A program made the translations under genes and the position numbers. A stretch of 62,908 nt of DNA, filler included, from Nemertoderma westbladi (lineage: Eukaryota; Animalia; Xenacoelomorpha), in NCBI GenBank assembly GCA_032718475.1. It is 4 parts of 4 records of this genome, joined end to end, with 100 filler letters (N's around TTAATTAATTAA, not from the genome) between each part and the next. Parts side by side here need not be neighbours in the genome. Positions count along the whole stretch, not along the records: positions 22,203 to 49,481 come from JAUCBJ010006484.1; positions 49,582 to 58,115 come from JAUCBJ010005444.1; 2 more parts are not named here. One strand, 5' to 3'. The notes under the pieces are model-generated. The model saw only the letters and a program-made list of their open reading frames with translations, was not told the origin of the DNA and searched no databases. This document shows, one piece after another, positions 39,201 through 51,050 of this stretch (positions are counted from its first letter, which is position 1; each line of letters starts with the position of its first letter).

Positions 39201-42200
39201 TGGTTCCATTACCAGTTCCCAGGTAAGTTCCGTTGGTTCCATTACCAGTTCCCAGGTAAGTTCCGTTGGTTCCATTACCAGTTCCGTTGGTTCCATTACC
39301 AGTTCCCAGGTAAGTTCCGTTGGTTCCATTACCAGTTCCCATGTAAGTTCCGTTGGTTCCATTACCAGTTCCCAGGTAAGTTCCGTTGGTTCCATTACCT
39401 GTTCCCATGTAAGTTCCGTTGGTTCCATTACCTGTTCCCATGTAAGTTCCGTTGGTTCCATTACCAGTTCCCATGTAAGTTCCGTTGGTTCCATTACCAG
39501 TTCCCATGTAAGTTCCGTTGGTTCCATTACCAGTTCCCAGGTAAGTTCCGTTGGTTCCATTACCAGTTCCCAGGTTAGTTCCGTTGATTCCATTACCAGT
39601 TCCCAGGTAAGTTCCGTTGGTTCCATTACCAGTTCCCAGGTAAGTTCCGTTGGTTCCATTACCAGTTCCGTTGGTTCCATTACTAGTTCCCAGGTAAGTT
39701 CCGTTGGTTCCATTACCTGTTCCCAGGTAAGTTCCGTTGGTTCCATTACCAGTTCCCATGTAAGTTCCGTTGGTTCCATTACCAGTTCCCAGGTTAGTTC
39801 CGTTGATTCCATTACCAGTTCCCAGGTAAGTTCCGTTGGTTCCATTACCAGTTCCCACGTAAGTTCCGTTGGTTCCATTACCAGTTCCCATGTAAGTTCC
39901 GTTGGTTCCATTACCAGTTCCCAGGTAAGTTCCGTTGGTTCCATTACCAGTTCCCATGTAAGTTCCGTTGGTTCCATTACCAGTTCCGTTGGTTCCATTA
40001 CCAGTTCCCATGTAAGTTCCGTTGGTTCCATTACCTGTTCCCATGTAAGTTCTGTTGGTTCCATTACCAGTTCCCAGGTAAGTTCCGTTGGTTCCATTAC
40101 CAGTTCCGTTGGTTCCATTACCAGTTCCCAGGTAAGTTCCGTTGGTTCCATTACCTGTTCCCATGTAAGTTCCGTTGGTTCCATTACCTGTTCCCATGTA
40201 AGTTCCGTTGGTTCCATTACCTGTTCCCATGTAAGTTCCGTTGATTCCATTACCAGTTCCGTTGGTTCCATTACCAGTTCCCAGGTAAGTTCCGTTGGTT
40301 CCATTACCAGTTCCCAGGTAAGTTCCGTTGGTTCCATTACCTGTTCCCATGTAAGTTCCGTTGGTTCCATTACCAGTTCCCAGGTAAGTTCCGTTGGTTC
40401 CATTACCAGTTCCCAGGTAAGTTCTGTTGGTTCCATTACCAGTTCCCAGGTAAGTTCCGTTGGTTCCATTACCAGTTCCCAGGTAAGTTCCGTTGGTTCC
40501 ATTACCAGTTCCCAGGTAAGTTCCGTTGGTTCCATTACCAGTTCCCATGTAAGTTCCGTTGGTTCCATTACCAGTTCCCAGGTAAGTTCCGTTGGTTCCA
40601 TTACCAGTTCCGTTGGTTCCATTACCAGTTCCCAGGTAAGTTCCTTTGGTTCCATTACCAGTTCCCAGGTAAGTTCCGTTGGTTCCATTACCAGTTCCCA
40701 TGTAAGTTCCGTTGGTTCCATTACCAGTTCCCAGGTAAGTTATGTTGGTTCCATTACCAGTTCCCAGGTAAGTTCCGTTGGTTCCATTACCAGTTTCCAG
40801 GTAAGTTCCGTTGGTTCCATTACCAGTTCCCAGGTAAGTTCCGTTGGTTCCATTACCAGTTTCCAGGTAAGTTCCGTTGGTTCCATTACCTGTTCCCATG
40901 TAAGTTCCGTTGGTTCCATTACCAGTTCCGTTGGTTCCATTACCAGTTCCCAGGTAAGTTCCGTTGGTTCCATTACCAGTTCCCAGGTAAGTTCCGTTGG
41001 TTCCATTACCAGTTCCCAGGTAAGTTCCGTTGGTTCCATTACCAGTTCCCAGGTAAGTTCCGTTGGTTCCATTACCAGTTCCCATGTAAGTTCCGTTGGT
41101 TCCATTACCAGTTCCAAGGTAAGTTCCGTTGGTTCCATTACCAGTTCCCAGGTAAGTTCCGTTGGTTCCATTACCAGTTCCCAGGTAAGTTCCGTTGGTT
41201 CCATTACCAGTTCCCAGGTAAGTTCCGTTGGTTCCATTACCAGTTCCCATGTAAGTTCCGTTGGTTCCATTACTTGTTCCCATGTAAGTTCTGTTGGTTC
41301 CATTACCAGTTCCCAGGTAAGTTCCGTTGGTTCCATTACCAGTTCCGTTGGTTCCATTACCAGTTCCCAGGTAAGTTCCGTTGGTTCCATTACCTGTTCC
41401 CATGTAAGTTCCGTTGGTTCCATTACCTGTTCCCATGTAAGTTCCGTTGGTTCCATTACCTGTTCCCATGTAAGTTCCGTTGGTTCCATTACCAGTTCCC
41501 ATGTAAGTTCCGTTGGTTCCATTACCAGTTCCCAGGTAAGTTCCGTTGATTCCATTACCAGTTCCGTTGGTTCCATTACCAGTTCCCAGGTAAGTTCCGT
41601 TGGTTCCATTACCAGTTCCCATGTAAGTTCCGTTGGTTCCATTACCAGTTCCCATGTAAGTTCCGTTGGTTCCATTACCAGTTCCCAGGTTAGTTCCGTT
41701 GATTCCATTACCAGTTCCCATGTAAGTTCCGTTGGTTCCATTACCAGTTCCAAGGTAAGTTCCGTTGGTTCCATTACCAGTTCCCAGGTAAGTTCCGTTG
41801 GTTCCATTACCAGTTCCCAGGTAAGTTCCGTTGGTTCCATTACCAGTTCCCAGGTAAGTTCCGTTGGTTCCATTACCAGTTCCCATGTAAGCTCCGTTGG
41901 TTCCATTACCTGTTCCCATGTAAGTTCCGTTGGTTCCATTACTAGTTCCCAGGTAAGTTCCGTTGGTTCCATTACCAGTTCCCAGGTTAGTTCCGTTGGT
42001 TCCATTACCAGTTCCAAGGTAAGTTCCGTTGGTTCCATTACCAGTTCCCAGGTAAGTTCCGTTGGTTCCATTACCAGTTCCCATGTAAGCTCCGTTGGTT
42101 CCATTACCTGTTCCCATGTAAGTTCCGTTGGTTCCATTACCAGTTCCCAGGTAAGTTCCGTTGGTTCCATTACTAGTTCCCAGGTAAGTTCCGTTGGTTC

Positions 42201-42705
42201 CATTACCTGTTCCCAGGTAAGTTCCGTTGGTTCCATTACCAGTTCCCATGTAAGTTCCGTTGGTTCCATTACCAGTTCCCAGGTTAGTTCCGTTGATTCC
42301 ATTACCAGTTCCCAGGTAAGTTCCGTTGGTTCCATTACCAGTTCCCATGTAAGTTCCGTTGGTTCCATTACCAGTTCCCATGTAAGTTCCGTTGGTTCCA
42401 TTACCAGTTCCCAGGTAAGTTCCGTTGGTTCCATTACCAGTTCCCATGTAAGTTCCGTTGGTTCCATTACCAGTTCCGTTGGTTCCATTACCAGTTCCCA
42501 GGTAAGTTCCGTTGGTTCCATTACCTGTTCCCATGTAAGCTCCGTTGGTTCCATTACCTGTTCCCATGTAAGTTCCGTTGGTTCCATTACCAGTTCCCAG
42601 GTAAGTTCCGTTGGTTCCATTACTAGTTCCCAGGTAAGTTCCGTTGGTTCCATTACCAGTTCCCAGGTAAGTTCCGTTGGTTCCATTACCAGTTCCCAGG
42701 TAAGC
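27231..42705 (+). repeat. ~15.5-kb array of a 33-bp unit (plus 21-bp deletion variant) derived from the CLASP exon1/intron junction
   Basis: Unit GGTTCCATTACCAGTTCCCAGGTAAGTTCCGTT (GSITSSQVSSV in the CLASP frame); roughly 480-500 units estimated from length; common variants CAT/AAG|GTAAGT and CAG|GTTAGT. Confidence 0.97.
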
Positions 42706-42859
42706 TCGTCTCTGATTGGTCCTTGCATTACATTGCCACTGTATGGGGTTTGTAAATATGCCTCCCGCTTTTTTTTTCACAATCGCCAATAATTGCAATT
42801 ATATAATTAGGTCTACATTAATTGCGGTTAGTAAAGTTTATTTAATTCTGTTTAACTAG

Positions 42860-45439
42860 GAGAGCCTCGGCGGTGCGGTGTCTAAACGGGTCATTAAGCG
42901 GCCGCCGGCAACCGTTCGGCAGACCTCCGCGTCATCTAAACCTCGAACTCTCGAACCAGGTGAGGATCAATCACTCCGCAAGGTCGCCAGTGCCACAGAC
43001 CTAACGGCTCGCAACGACCTCACGGCTCGCCCCCAGATTCTCCGCCCCATGACTCCCTCCTCCCAGACGCGCAACCGCTCCCAATCGGTGACGTCATCGG
43101 TGACGCCCCCCACTTCCGTCCCTACACGCGTCCGACGGCCTTCCATCGGGAGCGGAATCCCCAGTCCGGTTAAATCGAGCGCGCGGTCCCGGGTCTGCCA
43201 GTCGCAGCCGGGAAGTCGCAGCACCTCCCCGGGGCCGCGCGCGCCGCAGCCGACCGAGTACTACACGCCGAGCCGCGCACCCGCGCGATACCCCGCCAGC
43301 GCGGGACATAGTCGCGAGACCTCCCCGAACCGTTCCCGACGACTCCCCGCTCGTCGCGCCTCCGACCACCTCGCAGTGCTCGACCACTCGCGGCACTCCG
43401 AGGCCGTCGTCGCTGAGGCCTTGCGCTACCCGCGACGCCGCTACGAGTCGCGTTGCTCCGATGACGAGGACTCAGACGCCTCCTCGCTGTGCTCCTTCGG
43501 TTCGATCCGGCGTTGCGTCGACGACGTCCCGGAAGTGCTCGCGCGGTGCGCGTCGTCGACGTGGTCCGACCGGAAGGAAGGCCTCCACGGCCTCCAGTCC
43601 ATCCTCCACTCCAACCGACTGCTCCACCACGGGGAAATTAAACGCGTCACCGAACTGTTCACCCGAATGTTCGCCGACCCCCACGGGAAGGTGTTCGGAA
43701 TGTTCCTAGACGTCCTAATCGACTTCGTGCAGTGCTACTACGCGGACCTCGATGATTGGCTGTATCTATTGGTTACGCGTCTCCTACAGAAGATGGGCAC
43801 GGACCTTCTGGGTTCGGTTATCGGTAAACTCAACCGCGCTTTGGACGCAGTCCGCGAGGTCTTCCCTTGCAGCCTCCAGTTCCACTCTGTGATGAGATTC
43901 ATTGCCGATCAAACCCAAACTAAAAACCTAAAGGTTAAAATCGCTGTGCTGAAGTATTTATCCTCGTTGCCCAATAGGATGGAAACACACGAGTTTACCA
44001 ACATAAGCGAAACTCGACTCGCGATTTCCGCGATTATAAAATGGTCGAAAGACGCGAAGAGCGCTGAAGTCCGTAAACTCAGTGCCGTAGTTATAATAGC
44101 GCTGTTCGATTTGAACACTCCCGAGTTTAGTTCCATTGTTGGGGTTCTACCTAAGAATTTCCAACAAGATATTTCCAAGATAATAAAGTCGCATATTAGT
44201 AACAGTGAGTCTGGGGTTGTTCCCTCGTCCCCCGCAGGGGGCGTAGCGGCTTATACCAGGGGTTCTCCCGGGCACGGAGGGGGGCATTACGATAACTCGT
44301 TGAGTTTCTCCAACCCCGAGGAGGTCAGGGGGGCACTGCGACGGACGTCCGCCGCTATACAGAACTATCAGTACGAGACGGGGACAGACGCGAGGTTAGG
44401 GGTCATGGGTAGTAGGGTGGGGGGCTCGGGTGGCAGAATGGTGGATGTGGGGAGTAGAGTGGAAGCGGTGGATGGCACAGTGGGAGGCGCGGATGGCACT
44501 TCGGGGTTGGTAGATGGGAGAGTAGGAAGCGGTGACGGTGCAGAACTGCGGAACGAGGGATCCCGTTCGACGGGGCCTGCTAGCTCCCCCGTTGGACGCG
44601 ACTATCCCGGGTCAATGACCTCCCCGCGACGGGACTACAATCCGTTGAACTACCGCGACGCCGACGGCGGGGGTCTAGTCGACGACGACAGTGAATCAGA
44701 AGACGAGGACGAACAATGCGACTACCTCATCCATCTACTCCGGGAACTGTCCAATCACAACGCGCGATACGAGCAGCGTAAAGCGGCGCTCAGCGACCTG
44801 TTGTCCATGGTGCGGGAGCACTCGGCGCTGCGCGTCTGGCACCAACACTTTAAGACGGTCCTGTTGATGCTGCTGGAGACGCTGGGCGACCGAGACGCCG
44901 GGGTCCGGGCCATGTCGTTGCGAGTACTCCGTGAGTCTATCCGTCGCCAACGCGACCAGTTCGCCGACTACGCCGAACTCACCATCCTCAAGGTGCTTGA
45001 GGCCCACCGGGACCCCCAGAAGGAGGTCCAACGGGCCGCCGAGGAGACCGCTCTCGTCATCTCGGAGTGCATCGATCCCGGCGTCTGTATCCGGGTCCTC
45101 AACCCCACCATTCCCTCGGCCGAGTTCCCGGTAAACCTCGCCGCTATTAAACTCCTCACCGACGTGCTCCAATACGTCACCCATAGCAACGCGGTGGTCC
45201 TTCTCCCCGACGTCGTCCCCGGCGTCATTAGGACCTACGACAACGTAGAATCCTCTGTTCGCAAGGCCTCGGTGTTTTGTCTCGTCGAACTTTACCAAAA
45301 GGTAGGTGAGACTCTAATGCAGCCCTACACCTCCAAACTTACCAGCAGTAAAATGAAACTACTAAATCTATATATCAAACGGGCGCAGAATAAAGCTGGC
45401 GGTAGTGGTGATAACACACCCAGGGACGAGAACAGATGA
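42860..45439 (+). CDS. CLASP: CLASP exon 2: S/R-rich SxIP region, TOG3 and C-terminal CLIP-interacting domain
   Basis: Acceptor TTTAACTAG at 42851-42859; phase-0 join gives SSQ|ESL, the SQESL motif of animal CLASPs; SGIP, SQPGSRSTSPG, SRETSP, WSDRKEGL, RMFADPHGKVF, SSVRKASVFCLV, KMKLLNLYIKRAQ; minimal spliced product 1407 aa. Confidence 0.93.
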   Translation, partial: ESLGGAVSKRVIKRPPATVRQTSASSKPRTLEPGEDQSLRKVASATDLTARNDLTARPQILRPMTPSSQTRNRSQSVTSSVTPPTSVPTRVRRPSIGSGIPSPVKSSARSRVCQSQPGSRSTSPGPRAPQPTEYYTPSRAPARYPASAGHSRETSPNRSRRLPARRASDHLAVLDHSRHSEAVVAEALRYPRRRYESRCSDDEDSDASSLCSFGSIRRCVDDVPEVLARCASSTWSDRKEGLHGLQSILHSNRLLHHGEIKRVTELFTRMFADPHGKVFGMFLDVLIDFVQCYYADLDDWLYLLVTRLLQKMGTDLLGSVIGKLNRALDAVREVFPCSLQFHSVMRFIADQTQTKNLKVKIAVLKYLSSLPNRMETHEFTNISETRLAISAIIKWSKDAKSAEVRKLSAVVIIALFDLNTPEFSSIVGVLPKNFQQDISKIIKSHISNSESGVVPSSPAGGVAAYTRGSPGHGGGHYDNSLSFSNPEEVRGALRRTSAAIQNYQYETGTDARLGVMGSRVGGSGGRMVDVGSRVEAVDGTVGGADGTSGLVDGRVGSGDGAELRNEGSRSTGPASSPVGRDYPGSMTSPRRDYNPLNYRDADGGGLVDDDSESEDEDEQCDYLIHLLRELSNHNARYEQRKAALSDLLSMVREHSALRVWHQHFKTVLLMLLETLGDRDAGVRAMSLRVLRESIRRQRDQFADYAELTILKVLEAHRDPQKEVQRAAEETALVISECIDPGVCIRVLNPTIPSAEFPVNLAAIKLLTDVLQYVTHSNAVVLLPDVVPGVIRTYDNVESSVRKASVFCLVELYQKVGETLMQPYTSKLTSSKMKLLNLYIKRAQNKAGGSGDNTPRDENR

Positions 45440-47051
45440 CCGATATCATTTAGATAAACTATTTAATTCAAAGTAAACTAGACGCTGGATTTCGAACTGT
45501 ACAGGTTTTGTGACCAAGTTGGTTAAATGTTTGGGGTTGTCCACTGTAATTTTTCCTCTGGTGTGTTAAGAAAGAATCGCATTTGTATCATTTAAATTTA
45601 GTTCTGTTTTCCAAAAAAGTTAAACCGCTTTTATTGTTATTTATCGATATGGTAATAATGTAATTTGTATGAATGGTTTGTGTATATTTGTGTTTGTATA
45701 ATTATTTTCTCATCTGTGGAAAAACATCTGCAGAAATTGGAACCTTCGAAAGTGTTGAAAATATTTTGTAATTTTCAATCAGAAATATAATATGTTTGTT
45801 TTTTTGTTGAATGTGACTGAGAGCAATTTAATGGAGGAATTTTATAGTCGACAACTTCAATAGTAACGAGTAACTAACAACAATATCTGGAATGAAGGAT
45901 AGATCAGGTTATCTAAACCAAATTTAGGAGATTTATATTATTAGCAGTTTAGCATCTACATCTATTTATAATCGCTGCAAGTCGATTTTATTAGGGAATT
46001 GGACACATTTATTTTCCTGTGTATTTCGTTATTAATGCTTTCGTCTTGCCCTCAGTAACTGTTAGATACTCAATCTTCATTTTGCCCATTATAAGTCAGT
46101 TCCTACGGTTAATTTTCAATAAATTTATTATTAATTGTGTCTTATTTTTTGTGACTCTTATGTTTTGCTATTCAAATATATTATTTTTTGTAGGCTTCCT
46201 ATTTTTCCTTTTTTTAGATGCTATTATTACATTAATTTTGCTAATATTAACTAAGTTTCAAACTCTTTTATCTGTCGAGTCAATAATAATTTATGACTAT
46301 ATACAATAAATTATTATAATGAATTAATTTAGTGAATCTTATTGAGTCTAATATTTTGTCCTCGGTTTTGCTGGTACCGGTATGCGTATGGGTTTATTTT
46401 AGCTTCTACTTTTACTCAGTTTTTTTTTCCAAACAGTCTGCAATATGTATTTAATATGACTGTATATCTATAACCATCACAGGTACTACACGACTATGAC
46501 TCTTGCACGATCTAGATTCTAACGGGTACCAACCTGTCGCTGCACTTAATATAGTTTAATTAATAGGACCACATAATTATTGGCTAATCATTTATTATGT
46601 AGCCTTCAGCACAGCTGTTCGCGTTCGGTATTATTTGATTGGATAATTTTCTCTATGTCCCGGAAAGTCTACCAACCTGGTTTATTCCTTATTATTGGCG
46701 ACGTATTTTATTATTCGCAACGAATAAAAAACATTTGTTTTCTCTGCATGTGTGATTTGGGAAAATTTGATGTTTTAAAATTCGAAATGCATTTATAATT
46801 AATATTATTTCAGTTCTGTTTAAACAAATATAAAATTATAAGCGATAACAATGGCTAATGTTGCGATTCTTGTTAAAATATTGTATTAATATTACTTGCG
46901 GTATTGATTATATATAATAATCGAATGTTTGTATTATTCACGAATTTTATTTTATACGAATCAAATGCCTAGCGATCCCAGATGTTTCTTCTTAAATTTT
47001 TTCGATTTAATGGTTTCATGTTTCTTAAATGTTTCTTAACAAGTTATTATT

Positions 47052-47281
47052 GGGTCAGAGTAAAACGCGGATCCGGATCCGGATTCGGATTCTACATTTA
47101 ACATTGTCCCTACGGAAGTCGATTTTTTTACATTTTTATAACTCCCAAAAATAAAACTATAACCTGTTCTATTGACTTTAGTTTATTGTTTTGGTTAAAA
47201 TAACGTGCCACTGTAACCTGCTCCTTTCCCTTAATTGATAATTTTGGAATCCGGATCCGGATCCGCGTTTTACACCTACCC
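47052..47281. mobile_element. 230-bp MITE of the same family as the 5633-9373 foldback element
   Basis: Identical termini GGGTCAGAGTAAAACGCGGATCCGGA / TCCGGATCCGCGTTTTACACCTACCC; flanks GTTATTATT / GTTATTATA (9-bp TSD, one mismatch). Confidence 0.9.
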
Positions 47282-48639
47282 GTTATTATATAAACTTTTA
47301 TATGAAAAAAACAATTATCGGGACTTTAAAATATGTTTTAATAGTAAAAGATGATTAAACTGATAGAACAGTTCGATTTTATAACATAACATAACATTGA
47401 TTTTGATTTGATTGTATTCTGAATTGTAATTCTATGCATATTATACAGTACACTGAATTTTAATTGGTTCAAATAACTAAATCACAAGTCATGTTTTTCT
47501 TAAATTGTTCTTGAATTATGGCTAATTCAATCATTTATTTTCTTGCGGTGTTTCTTATAAAATAAAATGCGATGTATATTTTTCAAATTAAGTTACAAAT
47601 TTGGTCTACTATACGATTAATATCTGTGGCCTTTGGCCTACCGCCTCCATTACCAAATTGTAGAGTATTTTTTGCTCATTGCGCTGTCTTTTAGGGCATA
47701 TATATTGTGTTTGTCCCTATCCCATTCTATGCTAATATGATTTCGGTGGTGCATTGTTTATATTTAGTCTATAGCCAAGCTTCAATCAGTTATTAATTAT
47801 AATTGGTTGTATACTCACTCAGTGTGTTATTGAGTGTAGTAACTGAGTGCTTATGTATATTATTCCTTACTAATGAGTATATACTAATTGTGTATGTATA
47901 TTATTCCTTACTAATGAGTATATACTAACTGCGTATGTATATTATTCTGTACTTTACCATATCCATAATCCGTCAGTTTTTATTTCTCAGCTGTCATTTT
48001 GTTTCATTATGTAAATTTGTAGATGAATATTATTACAATTTATCTCATTTTATTTTCTGGACGGTTAGACAAGGGAAGGGAAACGTAAAACTCTACAACT
48101 ATTAATTGTTGTGGTGTTTTTATGTTTTTAACATTCTTCCATCATGCGAAACATAGTGTGCCGATTATACGGATATGAGTGAATAACGGAACGACCAATT
48201 CCTCCTTCCGATTCTCTTGGGGGTCGAACCTGATACATTCGGTTTCATAGTTCCCTTTTAATCAGTCCCATTTATTTTAATTCTATTGTATTGCAGTTAT
48301 ATATTTCATAATCTCCGGCGTATTTTCGTGTCCCTTGTTCTTTATGAACTGAATATTTATTGTCCATAATTTAGTTTACTCTTACTAAAATGCTTTGTAT
48401 GATTGCTCTGCCATTCTGTTAGGTATAATAACAAACACCCGGTGTAGTTTATGTCCTATTGGGCTAGCATTGCATCACTTACCCAACCATCTGCCGCACA
48501 ATCTTGTTCTAAACGGCTTCTGTAATTCTCTATGACATTGGATCTCGTCTTCTTACCATCGCGGTTTGATTACACCAGGACGCGTAAATGTGAAATCAAT
48601 TGCTGACCTTTAAATGAGAATTGAATCGATATCTGTGTG

Positions 48640-48671
<32 letters not shown>

Positions 48672-49481
48672 TGTTAGATTAGAAGGATCTTTATGATCAA
48701 AGACAATTAACTGCTGTTACCTTTTGAGTTTTCGCTACGACCACTGTTTCGTGATTCTGCACTTAATGGTCACCCCACACCCCCCTATATGTCACACAGA
48801 CAATGTTTAAGGATTCATTTAATAATTCACAAGGGCTATTTACTAACCAAGATATGGCCAATGTACTATTATATTAATTACACTTACTGATACTCATAAC
48901 AACTGCGACCAATATCTTTACATACTTAAAACAAACCTCACCATTATCCGTTTCCGTTTGTTGTTATAGTTATCTGTGTACCTACAACCATTCGCATCCT
49001 GTCACGAAATCCCAATGAATATTTGGCCGAGGCCTTGCCACACTTAACATTCGTAAATGAAATTAAACCTCAGAGTTTGACAATAGAGATCATTAGTATA
49101 TGACACCCTGTATTGGTTCGTTAAGGAATGATTGCCAAGTTTGTGGGGGAGGTGGAACGCAAAGTCACGATGATAATAAATTTGTAATCCCAAGTGCCTA
49201 TGAATCGCTATTATTAGATTAGTTATTATGAGCTCAAGTTACAGTGGGTTGGTTGGGCACAGGTTGGTCAATTAAATTAACCAGTAATTAATGTACAGTA
49301 ATTACTATAATTACTGTTCCTATTCGATATTACTATTTGTCATTTGAATGTTCCCGTCGTTCTTAAGCAGCGGAATTGAAAATAAATAACAACAATATTT
49401 TGTAACATTGTGTGGTTTTAGCATCTTTGGTTACTTCTCCAACACAACACCTCCACAGCTCGCGTTCAACCATCAATGCCA

Positions 49482-49581
49482 NNNNNNNNNNNNNNNNNNN
49501 NNNNNNNNNNNNNNNNNNNNNNNNNTTAATTAATTAANNNNNNNNNNNNNNNNNNNNNNNNNNNNNNNNNNNNNNNNNNNN
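49482..49581. other. Artificial contig-joining spacer
   Basis: 44 N + TTAATTAATTAA + 44 N. Confidence 0.97.
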
Positions 49582-49860
49582 ACTGCACGGTTGCCAGGCC
49601 TGTTGTTTAGAAGGCCATGCTTTCCAGCAAGAGTTTTACATTATTACTGTATTACAGTACAGCAGTAGGCCTATTACATACAGGACACAGACTGACAGAG
49701 CCAGAGAGCTAGGCCTACACTACTGCACTACCGTACTACTACTGCACTACTACTATTGCACTACGCGCGGTAAGTTTATTACAGTATTCAGGTATTGCTG
49801 TATTGTTTATTCCATATTACCACACCGTCCAGTCTTCCGGTCTTCTCCGATCTTTACTCT

Positions 49861-51050
49861 ATGTTTTTTGTATCTTTTATTGCCCTACGATTGGAGGTTA
49901 AAGTTGGATGCTCAATACCCCAAGGTTTATTCTTCGATTACGAGAATAAACCGGACAATGCGCCGTGGGAATCGACGAAGAAAAGATACGACCACGACTC
50001 CCGAGGAAGCAACGCGGACGATCCACCCAGTCTGCGAAAACAACGCGAAATTATCGTAGAAACTTATCTGTGCGGGGAATTGGAGACGGGGCGAGAACTC
50101 GAGTTGATTGCGTCCTGGATAGAATCGCGACGACCAGTTAGTTCGGAGTACGACTGGATGATGGATGAAGAGGAGTTTCCGGGACTCGAGAGAGCTGAGG
50201 AAGTTGCCAGCGAATACTCTGAGAAAGATACACCGGTGGAGAGGGTTTCCTCACCCAGCACTGCACCGGTAGCCCCTCACCACACTTCAACCTCACACAG
50301 TGATGTAGCAGCACCTCTTCCCAGCGGTGCACCACCTCCCAGCGTTACACCCCCTCCCCACATTGCTCCTCCACCCACCGCAACACCCCCACTATCAACC
50401 CCCGACCTCCAACAAACACATTTCTACTCCGGCAACCCGACAGTAGAACGAACCAAAGGAATCCTCCATCTTTACCGCTCCACAGATCGCATAGACATGG
50501 ACACAGCTGACGTCACCGACACCGTCTGCGTTCTAGCGATACCGGCTAAGTTCCCTGTCCCAGACCTTCTACGTTTCCTCGCGCCGGTCCTTAGCTCATT
50601 ACGACACATTCGCGTTATCCGCGACTCGCAACCCAACCAGTACATGGCCTTGGTACAACTCCACGGCTCGGCTGAAGCTAAGGAGTTCTACCGGATGTAC
50701 AACGGTCATCCGTTTACGAGACTCGAGCCGGAAGTCTGCCATCTCGCGTACGTGGCGCGGGTTGAGGCGAGCCATTCGAGTGGGAGCGACGCTCCCGTAG
50801 ACGGGATGACTGAGTTACCAACCTGCCACATCTGTTTAGAGCGGATGGATGAATCTGTCGACGTCGTTCTTACTATCCTCTGTAACCATAGTTTCCACGG
50901 GGTCTGTCTGCAGCGATGGGGCGACTCCACCTGCCCCGTGTGTCGCTGTCTGCAGAGCCCCCCGCCGCTTGAGGCCCACGAGTGCCTGGTCTGTCTGTCA
51001 GCCGATGCCTTGTGGATGTGTCTGCTATGCGGGCATGTCGGCTGCGGCAG
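49861..51050 (+). CDS. BRAP: BRCA1-associated protein (BRAP/BRAP2/IMP) E3 ligase, exon 1
   Basis: MFFVSFIALRLEV start; FYSGNPTVERTKGILHLY, IRVIRDSQPNQYMAL, RING ELPTCHICLERMDES...LCNHSFHGVCLQRWGDSTCPVCR, zf-UBP start LWMCLLCGHVGCGR; donor CAG|GTACGT. Confidence 0.93.

Noticed and set aside
27231-42705. CRISPR-like array
   Set aside because: There are no unique spacers, units are contiguous, the context is eukaryotic and no cas genes are present. The same applies to the 53-bp and 50-bp arrays.
27092-42798. Huge antisense ORFs (GTGNGTNGTYL)n and (MEPTELTWELV)n that resemble ice-binding or surface proteins
   Set aside because: They are by-products of a 33-bp unit lacking stops in those frames; they have almost no unique flanking domains, and the unit is explained by the sense-strand CLASP exon/intron junction.
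25569-45439. Two separate genes (1848-aa and 853-aa ORFs) or a CLASP pseudogene broken by frameshifts
   Set aside because: GT/AG splicing from 27252 to 42859 joins them in frame and restores the SQESL motif; the frameshifts lie within sequence that can be spliced out.
45440-49481. Possible additional gene downstream of CLASP
   Set aside because: AT-rich sequence with only short ORFs; spot translation around 48100-48600 gave no recognisable motif.
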